From: Clostridiales bacterium
GTDB lineage: Bacteria; Bacillota; Clostridia; Christensenellales; QALW01
NCBI GenBank assembly: GCA_015069575.1
Contig: SVIH01000002.1
Span: 75,508 to 139,507 of the forward strand
Direction: 5' to 3'
Length of the DNA stretch: 64,000 nt
Under the pieces are notes generated by a model that worked only from the letters and a program-made list of their open reading frames with translations, did not search any database and had not been told where the DNA came from. Made by a program: the position numbers and the translations under genes. This document shows positions 8,496 through 18,257 of this stretch, piece after piece (positions within the stretch are counted from its first letter, which is position 1; each line of letters begins with the position of its first letter).

Positions 8496-9743
8496 TTATT
8501 CTTCATCTTCTTTATCTTGTTTTTCGTTTTTTATAACCTTTGTTGAAATAACCCTGCGTGAATCTGTTTCTTCAATAATAAAGTCCAAATGCTCAAAGGT
8601 AAACTTATCATTCTTTGTAGGTATTCTGCCAAGCTGTTCCATAATAAATCCGCCTAATGAAATTGATTCGGATTCACTTTCAAGTTCAAAAAATTCACAG
8701 AATTCTTCAAAGTTTGTAGCACAGTCAACCAGGTAAGTGTTTTCGTTTGTTTTTGTAAACTGTTCAATAACTTCGTCATGTTCGTCCCAGATATCGCCAA
8801 CAAGTTCTTCTAAAATATCTTCCATTGTAACGATACCAAGCGTTCCGCCATATTCATCAACAACAACAGCAATATGTGATTTTGCCTGTTGCAACTGTTT
8901 TAAAAGGTCGTCTATTTTTTCAAACTTATGGATAAATAAAGGGGGCGACATAATTGAGGAAATATCATCTTTTATAATGCCGTTATCCTTATAAAAATCT
9001 TTTAAGTGAATTACACCAACTATATCATCGATGTTTTCATTATAAACAAGTAAACGGGAAAATCTTGTATCAGAGAATTTCTGTGCAATTTCTTCTTTAT
9101 CTGCATCTTGCGGTACTGCTTCAAGGTCAACACGATGGGTTAAAATATCCTCTGCCCTTATTTCAGTAAATTCAATAGCGTTTCTTAAAAGGTCGCCTTC
9201 GTCAGTATCAATACCGCCTTCCTGTTCAGCTTCTTCAACAATCATCAAAAGTTCCTCAGAAGACATTTTATCGTCTTCTTCATCTTTAAATAATTTGCCA
9301 ATAAGTTTTTTCCAAAATGAAAATATAACGGTAAGCGGTGTTAAAATCCAGATTAAAAGGCGGATATAGGACGTTGAGAACATTGCAAATTTTTCAGGAA
9401 AATCTTTTGCAATACTTTTAGGTGTAATTTCACCGAAAATAAGAACAGCAACGGTGATAACAACGGTTGAAACTGTTGCGCCGATATCACCGTAAATATT
9501 TACAAAAAGAACTGTGCCGATGGAAGCAAGGGCAATGTTTACGATATTGTTACCGATTAAAATAGTTGAAATCAGTTTATCGTAATTTTCAGCCAAAGCA
9601 AAAGCCTTTTCAGCCTTTTTATTTCCTTTTTCGGCCATAGTTTTCAGTCTTGTTTTGTTTATGGATGAAAATGCTGTTTCCGTTGCGGAAAAGTATGCCG
9701 AAAGCAATAAGCATATCACCATTAAAATTATTTGAGTTGTCAT
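8496..9743 (-). CDS. CNNM (DUF21)-CBS-CorC_HlyC family transporter (hemolysin-family / putative Mg2+/Co2+ efflux type)
   Basis: N-terminal DUF21 pattern LSAYFSATETAFSS, CBS-pair region, C-terminal CorC/HlyC-like region. Confidence 0.85.
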   Translation of the reverse strand: MTTQIILMVICLLLSAYFSATETAFSSINKTRLKTMAEKGNKKAEKAFALAENYDKLISTILIGNNIVNIALASIGTVLFVNIYGDIGATVSTVVITVAVLIFGEITPKSIAKDFPEKFAMFSTSYIRLLIWILTPLTVIFSFWKKLIGKLFKDEEDDKMSSEELLMIVEEAEQEGGIDTDEGDLLRNAIEFTEIRAEDILTHRVDLEAVPQDADKEEIAQKFSDTRFSRLLVYNENIDDIVGVIHLKDFYKDNGIIKDDISSIMSPPLFIHKFEKIDDLLKQLQQAKSHIAVVVDEYGGTLGIVTMEDILEELVGDIWDEHDEVIEQFTKTNENTYLVDCATNFEEFCEFFELESESESISLGGFIMEQLGRIPTKNDKFTFEHLDFIIEETDSRRVISTKVIKNEKQDKEDEE

Positions 9744-9767
9744 TTTTTACCCCTTAAAAATATAAAA

Positions 9768-9804
9768 AGCACACCTATACCAAAAAACACGGTTTAGGTG
9801 TGCT
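9768..9804 (-). terminator. intrinsic terminator inside the leader of the CNNM gene (candidate attenuator)
   Basis: Minus strand aagcacaccta / taggtgtgctt (11-bp stem, 15-nt loop) followed by tttttatattttt. It ends 24 nt before the CNNM ATG. Confidence 0.6.
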
Positions 9805-9858
9805 TATTTTAACTTTGTTACAGTTACGGCAAGATCGCCCGTTACTGTCGCCTTTCAT
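9775..9858 (-). CDS. candidate 27-codon leader ORF (MKGDSNGRSCRNCNKVKISTPKPCFLV) overlapping the terminator
   Basis: AAGGAG (9873..9868), 9 nt, ATG 9858. Codons 19-27 and the UAG stop lie inside the hairpin. Too short for the ORF track. Confidence 0.3.
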   Translation of the reverse strand: MKGDSNGRSCRNCNKVKISTPKPCFLV

Positions 9859-9892
9859 AGTTCAGAACTCCTTGAAAATTAAGTACAATTAT

Positions 9893-9920
9893 ATTTTAAC
9901 AAATAATTTGAATTTGTCAA
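9893..9920 (-). promoter_or_regulatory. sigma-A-type promoter with extended -10 driving the leader/CNNM transcript
   Basis: Minus strand TTGACA (9920..9915), 16 nt, TGtTAAAAT (-10 hexamer 9898..9893). Confidence 0.5.
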
Positions 9921-9922
9921 CG

Positions 9923-11110
9923 TTATTTTCTGTTTACAAAATCTCTGTCTATCTGTATAACAACTGAATGTCGTGCATCCTGCTGTTTTATTGCATCGGT
10001 AACAGTCTTTTTGATAGTTGATATATCTTCTTCCTTTGCTTCAAAAGGAACAACCATATCAAAGATAATATTAATGTTGTTTTCACCGTCGGTCATTCTT
10101 AAATCGTGAATGGACCATGAAAGATTTTCTTTTTCAAAAATACTGTTAACAACATTTTTAATGGTTATAAGCCTTTCGTTATTAGTGCAAACAGGGTCCA
10201 TATGAATGGTTATTTCACAGCCTGTAACATTAAAAATATGCTTCTCAACTTTGTCAATAGCTTCGTGCGCGGCAATAATATCGGCATTGTCTTTGACCTC
10301 TGCATGAACGGAGGCAAATAATCTGCCGGGGCCGTAATCATGTACAATTAAATCGTGGATATCAATAATTTCAGGAGTCTCCACAAGTAAATTATGTATC
10401 TCATCAATGGTTTCTTTTTCAGGGGCTTTACCAAGTAAAAGACCAATGGTATCCTTTGAAACAGAAAATCCTGCATACATTATTAGCAACGAAACAAGCA
10501 CACCAACATATCCATCAATAACAAAAGGAAGAATATTCAGCCCGTCAATTATTGCAGAAATAATTACTGCACCTGTTGCAATACAGTCGTTACGGCTATC
10601 AATGGCTGTAGCTATAAGTGCAGGTGAAGAAATTTTTTTGCCTAAAAAATTGTTTAAACCAAACATAAAAAGTTTTATTGGAATAGAAACTGTGAGAATT
10701 AATATTAACAGCCAATTTATGTCTTTTTTAGGGGTAGGATTAACTATTTTATCAAAGGAAGATTTTAAAAGTTCAAACCCTACAAGCATAATAATAAACG
10801 AAACGATTAAAGCAGAAATATATTCGAATCTGCCATGGCCAAACGGATGTTCACGGTCAGGCTTTTTGTTGCTTAACTTTAATCCAATAACAGAAACAAC
10901 TGTTGAACCCATATCTGAAAAATTGTTAAAAGCATCAGAAATAACAGCAACACTGTTTATCATAAAACCTACAGAAATCTTAATTATAAAAAGCAGTAAA
11001 TTGCAAATTATTCCCGTTAATCCTGAAAGAAAACCGTACTTTTGGCGTACAGAAGAATCAGAAGTGTTTTTATAGTCTTTTATAAATAAACTTGTTATAA
11101 AACTAAACAT
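9923..11110 (-). CDS. cation diffusion facilitator (CDF) family metal efflux transporter
   Basis: SDAFNNFSD, REHPFGHGRFEYISAL and a C-terminal cytoplasmic domain, typical of FieF/YiiP-like CDF proteins. Confidence 0.85.
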   Translation of the reverse strand: MFSFITSLFIKDYKNTSDSSVRQKYGFLSGLTGIICNLLLFIIKISVGFMINSVAVISDAFNNFSDMGSTVVSVIGLKLSNKKPDREHPFGHGRFEYISALIVSFIIMLVGFELLKSSFDKIVNPTPKKDINWLLILILTVSIPIKLFMFGLNNFLGKKISSPALIATAIDSRNDCIATGAVIISAIIDGLNILPFVIDGYVGVLVSLLIMYAGFSVSKDTIGLLLGKAPEKETIDEIHNLLVETPEIIDIHDLIVHDYGPGRLFASVHAEVKDNADIIAAHEAIDKVEKHIFNVTGCEITIHMDPVCTNNERLITIKNVVNSIFEKENLSWSIHDLRMTDGENNINIIFDMVVPFEAKEEDISTIKKTVTDAIKQQDARHSVVIQIDRDFVNRK

Positions 11111-11264
11111 AACAAACTCCTTTTTTTGTTTTAACAGAAGATATTATATCATTAATTTTCACATTTTGCACTATATTTGTTATAAAAATACACAAAATTA
11201 TCTCTGTTCAAATTGTTTTAGATATGTTATACTATATATGATTATATTATAATGGAGTAGTTTT

Positions 11265-11507
11265 ATGCGCCTTGATAAATATTTAAAAGTTTCACGAATA
11301 ATAAAACGCCGTACCGTTTCAAATGATGCTTGCGATGCAGGAAGGGTGCAGGTAAACTCAAAACAACAAAAAGCAGGGTATCAGGTAAAAGAAGGGGATA
11401 TAATCGAAATCACGTTTGGTGAAAAAACGCATAAATTCAAAATTTTATTAACTGATGATGTTGTTGCCCGTAAAACAGGGGCGCCAATGTTTGAGGAGGT
11501 TCGATGA
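11265..11507 (+). CDS. rqcP: S4-domain RNA-binding protein, YabO/RqcP-like (ribosome quality control)
   Basis: 80 aa. [17 protein letters not shown]... closely resembles my recollection of B. subtilis YabO. Confidence 0.7.
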   Translation: MRLDKYLKVSRIIKRRTVSNDACDAGRVQVNSKQQKAGYQVKEGDIIEITFGEKTHKFKILLTDDVVARKTGAPMFEEVR

Positions 11508-12616
11508 TATTAGCATTAATTGCTGCTGCAGGTACAGGTAGCCGAACAGGGCTTAAAGATAACAAGATATTTTTTTCTTTGGAAGATGGGCAAACCGTTA
11601 TTGAAAAAACGGTAAATACTTTTTTAAATGCTAAAAGAGTAAACAAAGTTTGCCTTATTTGTTCTGAAAATGACAAAGAAAAATTAAAATCAATGTTTGG
11701 TGAAAAAGTTCTGTATTGCATAGGCGGTAAAACAAGGGGTGAATCTGTCATAAACGGATTAAACCAATGTAATACAGGCTATGGAAAAGTTCTTATACAC
11801 GATGGTGCAAGACCTTTTGTTACTGAAGAAATTATTAATAATGTTATTGACGGTATTGATAAAAAAACAGGCGCAGTTGCAGGGGTAAAGGTAACTGATA
11901 CAATTAAAATAACAGATAGCTATTTAAAAATACAGTCAACACCACAAAGGGAAAATCTGTGGGCAGCCCAAACACCGCAGGGTTTTATGTTTGATGAAAT
12001 TCTTTATGCTTATAATTTATCAGGAACGGATATGACAGATGACGCAAATGTATTTGAAAATGCAGGCTTTACCGTTAAAATGGTACAAGGCGGTTATTTT
12101 AATAAAAAAATAACTACGAAAGAAGATGTAATTATGCCTAAGGTTTTTTTAAGCGGAACAGGATTTGATGTTCATCAGCTTGTAAAAGAAAGACCGCTTA
12201 TTTTAGGCGGCGTTGAAATTCCTCATGAAAAAGGGCTTTTAGGTCATTCTGATGCAGATGTTTTATTGCACGCTATAATGGATGCTCTTTTAGGCGCCGC
12301 AGGATTAGGGGATATTGGTAAGCATTTTCCTGATACGGATGAAAAATATAAAGGTATCAGCAGTATGCTGCTGTTTAAGGAAGTTGTTGAACTTTTAAAA
12401 CAAAACGGTTTTGAAATTATAAATATAAGTGCAGTTGTTATGGCGCAAAAGCCCAAATTAAAGCCTTATATTGAACAAATGAATATAAATATTGCAGATG
12501 TTTCAGGTATTAAAAAAGAACGCGTAAATGTTGCTGCAACCACTACTGAAAAACTTGGTTTTGTTGGTAGGGAAGAAGGCATCAGTGCACAGGCAACAGT
12601 TATGATAAGAAAATAA
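11504..12616 (+). CDS. ispDF: bifunctional 2-C-methyl-D-erythritol 4-phosphate cytidylyltransferase / 2-C-methyl-D-erythritol 2,4-cyclodiphosphate synthase
   Basis: N-terminal IspD ([16 protein letters not shown]) fused in frame to IspF ([42 protein letters not shown]). Confidence 0.9.
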   Translation: MILALIAAAGTGSRTGLKDNKIFFSLEDGQTVIEKTVNTFLNAKRVNKVCLICSENDKEKLKSMFGEKVLYCIGGKTRGESVINGLNQCNTGYGKVLIHDGARPFVTEEIINNVIDGIDKKTGAVAGVKVTDTIKITDSYLKIQSTPQRENLWAAQTPQGFMFDEILYAYNLSGTDMTDDANVFENAGFTVKMVQGGYFNKKITTKEDVIMPKVFLSGTGFDVHQLVKERPLILGGVEIPHEKGLLGHSDADVLLHAIMDALLGAAGLGDIGKHFPDTDEKYKGISSMLLFKEVVELLKQNGFEIINISAVVMAQKPKLKPYIEQMNINIADVSGIKKERVNVAATTTEKLGFVGREEGISAQATVMIRK

Positions 12617-12618
12617 GG

Positions 12619-13872
12619 GTGGCAAAAATGAAGTTTTCTCAACTTAATGATATACTTAAGTTCAAGTACAGGGATGGCGAAGATCCCGAAATAATAAAAC
12701 GCCGTAAAAAACGCGATTACATATTTTATATTATGGCATCTGTGTTACTTATTACAGCTATTATTTTAAATATTCTTTCTTTGGGTACAATACAAAATAA
12801 CCATCAAGGTCAGGATGGTATTATACCTACGCCCGATCCAAGCGCTATCCAACTTGTAAGTGTGGATCGTTCCAATAATGCAAAAGAAATGGATGTTGAT
12901 GAAAAACGCATTAATCAACCCAGTATTTATGGGCACGAAATGCTTTTTTCTGCAGGATCAGGTTCACTTGAAAGTGCAGTTTTAAATAAACTGTACCTTT
13001 TTGATGCTGTAACAGGAAAGGCTGAAAAAATTGCGCAATCCAAGTTAGAAGGCGGAGAAATTTTTGAAACCTATCTTTCTGAAAATTGGATAGTATGGGT
13101 TGATACGGACCATAAAGGTAAAAATGTTATTTACAAAATGAACCGTGTTGATATAAATTCAATAAAAGCCAACACCGTTTCTGTTGTTCAGGAAGCAGAA
13201 AATCATATGCCACGTCTTGGGCTTTACGGCAATTATCTTGTTTGGATGGAACAGATAAGCGATAAAGAAGATAAATTGTATTTTGTTGATCTTACAACTG
13301 ATGAAAATATGTCAATCAAACTTTTTGAAAACACAAACTATGCTGTAAGCACACCGTATATTTTCAAAGATATGGTACTTTGGGCAGATAATGATCCAAA
13401 CGATACTACAGGCACAAAAAGTGCTATTCATTACGTTGTGTTTGAAGATCTTGGCGTAACAGATAATGAAGATGAAATAGCCGATGAATCTCAGGAGGAT
13501 TCAGGCATACTTGAAACACAAGTTTTTTCAACGGGAACATATGTACATAAGCCCGTTTGTAATGATGATGTGTTTGTGTGGATAGATAAAAATAATGCGC
13601 CTAACTCAACGCTTTATTATGCGTATAAAAGCGGCGCAAAAGAACCAACAGCACTTTGGGATAATATAACCCAGTATTCAGTTGGTGAAGATTTTATTTG
13701 CTTTACATCAAATCAGATAGTTTATGCTTATTATTATAAGTCAGATATTTTACTTCAGGTTTCTTCGGCAACCCGCAGTGCAATTCTTCCACAGGCATTC
13801 GGAACTTTAATTGTCTGGGAAGATAAAACAGAAAATGGCGATGATATGTTTATGTATAATATAATGGGGTAA
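12619..13872 (+). CDS. hypothetical N-terminally membrane-anchored protein with about six blade-like repeats
   Basis: Single TM (YIFYIMASVLLITAIILNILSL), then repeated hydrophobic-x-W-x-D/E strings (WIVWVD, YLVWME, MVLWAD, VFVWID, LIVWED). ATG at 12628 is the more likely start. Confidence 0.6.
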   Translation: MAKMKFSQLNDILKFKYRDGEDPEIIKRRKKRDYIFYIMASVLLITAIILNILSLGTIQNNHQGQDGIIPTPDPSAIQLVSVDRSNNAKEMDVDEKRINQPSIYGHEMLFSAGSGSLESAVLNKLYLFDAVTGKAEKIAQSKLEGGEIFETYLSENWIVWVDTDHKGKNVIYKMNRVDINSIKANTVSVVQEAENHMPRLGLYGNYLVWMEQISDKEDKLYFVDLTTDENMSIKLFENTNYAVSTPYIFKDMVLWADNDPNDTTGTKSAIHYVVFEDLGVTDNEDEIADESQEDSGILETQVFSTGTYVHKPVCNDDVFVWIDKNNAPNSTLYYAYKSGAKEPTALWDNITQYSVGEDFICFTSNQIVYAYYYKSDILLQVSSATRSAILPQAFGTLIVWEDKTENGDDMFMYNIMG

Positions 13873-13874
13873 AA

Positions 13875-15254
13875 ATGAAAGAAAAAACCGTTTATGTTTG
13901 TTCATCTTGCGGATTTGAATCAGCAAAATGGCTTGGCAAATGTCCCGGTTGCGATAGTTGGGGCACAATGGATGAACAGTTAATTAAAACTCAGCCTAAA
14001 AATATAGGTTTAAAAGAAAATTCTAATTTTAAGGCAAAAGAAATTCAAAAACTGCAGGAAGTAGAAACTGTTTCTTTTCAACGGTTTTCTTCAGGAAGTA
14101 AAGAACTTGACCGTGTTTTAGGCGGTGGGATAGTGCCGGGCAGTATTGTGCTTTGCGGTGGCGATCCCGGTATAGGCAAATCAACTTTGCTATTACAGGT
14201 ATGCGATTATGTTGCAAAAGATAAAAAGGTTTTGTATGTTTCGGCTGAAGAATCTTCTTATCAGATAAAATTAAGGGCAGACAGGCTAAATTGCAATAGC
14301 AACAACATTTATATTTCTGCACAGATTGATATTGATGAAATATGTGCACAGATTTCATCAAACAAACCTGATATGGCTGTAATAGATTCAATTCAAACGG
14401 TATATGCGCCGTATTTAAGTTCAGCACCGGGCACAGTTTCACAAGTTCGCGAATGTGCATCCCGTCTTATGCGCATTGCTAAAGAAAACGATGTTACTGT
14501 GTTTACAGTGGGCCATGTAACAAAAGAAGGCACTCTTGCAGGGCCAAAGGTTTTAGAACATATTGTTGATACTGTAATGTATTTTGAAGGGGAACCGAAT
14601 TCTGCGTTTCGCGTTTTAAGGGCAAAGAAAAACAGATTTGGATCAACTAACGAAATCGGCGTTTTTGAGATGGAAGAAAAAGGAATGATGGATGTTTTGA
14701 ATCCGTCTGAGATTTTTATGTCTCAAAGAACCCAAGCAGTTGCGGGCACGGCTACAATGTGTTCAATAGAAGGCACACGGCCTGTTATGGTAGAAATTCA
14801 GGCGCTGACAGGCAATTCAGGATTCAATAATCCAAGGCGTGTGGGTAGTGGTGTTGATCACAGTAAAATGGTAACACTTATCGCAGTTTTGGAAAAGCGT
14901 TTAGGATATAAACTAAGTGATCAGGATGTTTATGTTTCTATTGCAGGGGGATTAAGAATTGAAGAACCTGCAATAGATTTACCGATGCTTGCATCAATAA
15001 CTTCAGCATATAAAAATGTACCGTTACCTGAAGATTGTGTTTTAATGGGCGAAGTCGGTTTAACAGGTGAACTTAGGGCGGTCAGCGGTATTAAACAGCG
15101 TATTGATGAATGTGTAAAACTTGGATTTAAAAAAGTAATATTACCTATTGGAAATAAAAGGAGCATAAATGAAGAAGAAAGAATAAAATTGTTGTTTGCA
15201 GATAATGTTTTTACAGCACTTTCTTTTTTGTTTGTGAAGGGTAAAAATGATTAA
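13875..15254 (+). CDS. radA: DNA repair protein RadA/Sms
   Basis: N-terminal zinc finger CSSCGFESAKWLGKCPGCDSW, Walker A GDPGIGKST, KNRFG motif, Lon-like C-terminus. Confidence 0.95.
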   Translation: MKEKTVYVCSSCGFESAKWLGKCPGCDSWGTMDEQLIKTQPKNIGLKENSNFKAKEIQKLQEVETVSFQRFSSGSKELDRVLGGGIVPGSIVLCGGDPGIGKSTLLLQVCDYVAKDKKVLYVSAEESSYQIKLRADRLNCNSNNIYISAQIDIDEICAQISSNKPDMAVIDSIQTVYAPYLSSAPGTVSQVRECASRLMRIAKENDVTVFTVGHVTKEGTLAGPKVLEHIVDTVMYFEGEPNSAFRVLRAKKNRFGSTNEIGVFEMEEKGMMDVLNPSEIFMSQRTQAVAGTATMCSIEGTRPVMVEIQALTGNSGFNNPRRVGSGVDHSKMVTLIAVLEKRLGYKLSDQDVYVSIAGGLRIEEPAIDLPMLASITSAYKNVPLPEDCVLMGEVGLTGELRAVSGIKQRIDECVKLGFKKVILPIGNKRSINEEERIKLLFADNVFTALSFLFVKGKND

Positions 15255-16311
15255 GAAAATTATACAGATACTTTTCATACCCATGGGCGGTGCGTTGGGG
15301 TACTGGAGTTTAACATTAATAGAAAAACTTTTTAAATTAATGAATATAAGCATTACAACAGGTTTTAGAATTTTTTGTGAAATTGCTTTCGTTTCATTAA
15401 TGGCGGTAGTGTTTTATTTTATAGGCGGTCCTGTATCAAATTGGCTATCAGATATATTATCAAAAATAACAAAAAAGGCAAAGGAAATGCCGGTAAAAGA
15501 TTTGTTTCTGGCGCTTTTAGGTTTGATAGTAGGCTTGATTTGTGCATTCCTTATTTGTCAGGTGTTTGTTAATATAAGTGGCGAATTACTTGTTACTTGC
15601 ATAAATGCACTGATATACATATGTTGTGGCTTTTTAGGAATACGCGTATTTTTAATGCGCCGTGATGATATAAACATTTTTGAAAAACGCAAAAAAAATG
15701 AAAAGGAAGAAAAAAGTGCAGAAACTTCTTTGGGCGGTACTATTCTTGATTCAAGTATACTCATAGATGGCAGGGCAGTGGATATATTTAAAACGGGTTT
15801 TTTGTTTGAACCGGTGCTTATTCCAAAGTTTATATTGGATGAACTTACGCGTCTTGCTGATTCAGAAGAAGTGAAAAAACGCACTCGTGGCAGGATAGGG
15901 CTTGATACAGTTAAAAAACTACAGGAATTAAAAACTGTAAAGATTGTTGATAAGGATTATGCACATGAAAATATAGACGCTAAGATAATCAACCTTGCAG
16001 TTGAACAAAATGCGTGTATTATGACAAATGACTATTCATTAAATATGGTTGCAAGCGTTCAGGGTGTAAAAATACTTAACATAAACGAACTTGCAAACGC
16101 ATTAAAACCTACAGTAGTTGCAGGTGATGAACTGACAATAGAAATATCTAAATTAGGTAAAGACCCTACACAAGGCGTTGGCTATCTTGATGATGGTACA
16201 ATGGTTGTTGTTGAAAACGGTTCAGAATATGTTGATACGGTAGTAAAAGTTGTGGTAACAAGTATGTTGCAAACAAATGCAGGCAAAATAATTTTTGGCA
16301 AAGTTAAATAA
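15247..16311 (+). CDS. yacL: PIN/TRAM domain-containing membrane protein (YacL-like)
   Basis: N-terminal TM helices, PIN-like core (ILDSSILIDGR), C-terminal TRAM-like segment. Follows radA as in Bacillus. Confidence 0.8.
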   Translation: MIKKIIQILFIPMGGALGYWSLTLIEKLFKLMNISITTGFRIFCEIAFVSLMAVVFYFIGGPVSNWLSDILSKITKKAKEMPVKDLFLALLGLIVGLICAFLICQVFVNISGELLVTCINALIYICCGFLGIRVFLMRRDDINIFEKRKKNEKEEKSAETSLGGTILDSSILIDGRAVDIFKTGFLFEPVLIPKFILDELTRLADSEEVKKRTRGRIGLDTVKKLQELKTVKIVDKDYAHENIDAKIINLAVEQNACIMTNDYSLNMVASVQGVKILNINELANALKPTVVAGDELTIEISKLGKDPTQGVGYLDDGTMVVVENGSEYVDTVVKVVVTSMLQTNAGKIIFGKVK

Positions 16312-16315
16312 AAAA

Positions 16316-16348
16316 CGGGAACTGCGCTAATTTATGCAGTTCCTTTTT
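16316..16348 (+). terminator. intrinsic terminator after yacL
   Basis: ggaactgc (16318..16325) / gcagttcc (16336..16343) followed by ttttt. Confidence 0.6.
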
Positions 16349-16441
16349 AAATTTTTCTTTGTATTTATGGTAAATATATGGTATAATTTATATTATGTAA
16401 TAATATATATTAATATTTAAGATATCCAAAGGGGTAAAACA

Positions 16442-17518
16442 ATGCATACTATCAGAAGACGCAAAAGATTTGATATTATAAACTACATACCCTATGTTAT
16501 AGGTTTTATTGCAGTTGTTTTAATAATTGTTTTGATTTGTGTATCATCTTCGGGAAGTATAAAGGAAGTAAAAAAGAATAAACTTGATCTTATGCCTTTT
16601 AGTGCAGAAAGTGTCTTTAAGCCGTTTGCACAAGGCGCAGTGTATGTTTTGGAAGGCAACATTTATTATGTTGATGACCGTAATGAAATTATGTGGGGCT
16701 TTTCAGGGGCAAGCGATGATATGCAACTTTTTACCGGCGCAACAAAAATTGGCGTAACATTAGGTAAAAAACTGCAGTTAATAAATAAAGAAGGAACTCT
16801 CGTTTTTACAAAAGAATTTTCCAAAAACATTTCATCAGTTGCTATTGGCGAAAAATTAATAGCAGTTTCATTAAGTAATTCTGATGATACTATAATACTT
16901 AACAGCACAGGCGAAGAAATTGACCGTATCACATCAAATGTGAACAGTACAAATATTCGCTTTGGTGTTTATGAAGATAGCAGTGTATGGGTAATAACTG
17001 TTGAAAATACAGGGTTAAATCCTACATATCAGCTTTCAACATATAAATATGATTCAGGTAAAACACAAACCGTGGCATTTTCAGATGATTCGCAGATGAT
17101 GTATGATTCTGTTTTTAACAACAATATTGCCTATATTTTCGGCACAGAAAAAATTATGTTAAGGGATTGCGATTATACAGGTTCTGTAAACAAAGATTAT
17201 AATGTAAACGGTTATGATGTTATTGCTTGTGCAAAAGTAGATAAAAAGGTAAATATGCTTTTAATGAATAATGGCAGAATCAAAGCAATAAACGAGAAAG
17301 GCATTACTGACCTTGAATGCGAAGAAAAAGTACTTTTTGGCGCAGTTTATCAGAAACATTATTTTGCATTCAGTAACTATTTTATGTATAAATACAAAGC
17401 AAAAAACTCAAAGGTTACAAAATATAAATTCCCTGTGAGGATAGACGATATAATTCATGGTGAAGGCTATGTTTTAGTTTGTTCAGGTAACGAAGTTTAT
17501 CGTTATTCTTTAGGCTGA
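16442..17518 (+). CDS. hypothetical membrane-anchored protein
   Basis: Single N-terminal TM (YIPYVIGFIAVVLIIVLICV) and a long extracytoplasmic beta-rich region. No motif I can name. Confidence 0.55.
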   Translation: MHTIRRRKRFDIINYIPYVIGFIAVVLIIVLICVSSSGSIKEVKKNKLDLMPFSAESVFKPFAQGAVYVLEGNIYYVDDRNEIMWGFSGASDDMQLFTGATKIGVTLGKKLQLINKEGTLVFTKEFSKNISSVAIGEKLIAVSLSNSDDTIILNSTGEEIDRITSNVNSTNIRFGVYEDSSVWVITVENTGLNPTYQLSTYKYDSGKTQTVAFSDDSQMMYDSVFNNNIAYIFGTEKIMLRDCDYTGSVNKDYNVNGYDVIACAKVDKKVNMLLMNNGRIKAINEKGITDLECEEKVLFGAVYQKHYFAFSNYFMYKYKAKNSKVTKYKFPVRIDDIIHGEGYVLVCSGNEVYRYSLG

Positions 17519-17537
17519 AAAACGAGGAGGTATTTTT

Positions 17538-18245
17538 GTGAATATAGTTGATTTGGGCATTATACTTGTGCTTGCAATAGGCTTTTTGCTCGGTTGGTAC
17601 AAAGGCTTTCTTGTTTCAATATTAAATGTGGCAGCGTATGTGGTTTCATGGATAATAGCCGTTGCATCATATTCATCGCTGGCTTCTTATATTTTAGAAA
17701 AAACTAATTTTGATAATACACTTTTGTATTTTACCGCAGGGGCAGAAAAATTAAGTGATATGTCCGTTGCCAATGTTTCAATTACAGAACTTGGCTTTGA
17801 AAAAATACAAAATATAATATCAACATCTAATCTTCCAAAGCCAATTGAAAGTATGATGATGGATAATATTATAAACAGTTCCTTTGCTTCACAGGGAATT
17901 ACCACTTTAAGCGATTATTTTAATCAAACGCTTATTAACTTAAGCCTTAGCCTTATAAGTTTTCTTATAATCTTTTTTGCGGTAAAACTTATATGCACTT
18001 TTATTATCGGTTTAGTTGATTATTTAGTAAAATTACCTGTTTTAAAGCAGTTCGATAAAATAATCGGCGGCGGTGTAGGTGTTTTACAGGCAGCAATTTT
18101 TGTTTGGGTAGTGTTTGCTATAGTTCCTATTTTAATGTCAGTTCTTCCACTTGAAAACTTTAATGAATTAATTCAGGGGTCGCTTTTAGGCAGATTGTTT
18201 TTTAACGGAAATATAATATTTAATGTTTTGAAATCCGTTTTGTAA
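17538..18245 (+). CDS. cvpA: CvpA family membrane protein
   Basis: GTG start after GAGGAGG. MNIVDLGIILVLAIGFLLGWYKGFL is the typical CvpA N-terminus; four TM segments. Confidence 0.7.
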   Translation: MNIVDLGIILVLAIGFLLGWYKGFLVSILNVAAYVVSWIIAVASYSSLASYILEKTNFDNTLLYFTAGAEKLSDMSVANVSITELGFEKIQNIISTSNLPKPIESMMMDNIINSSFASQGITTLSDYFNQTLINLSLSLISFLIIFFAVKLICTFIIGLVDYLVKLPVLKQFDKIIGGGVGVLQAAIFVWVVFAIVPILMSVLPLENFNELIQGSLLGRLFFNGNIIFNVLKSVL

Positions 18246-18257
18246 GGAGGAAAAATA

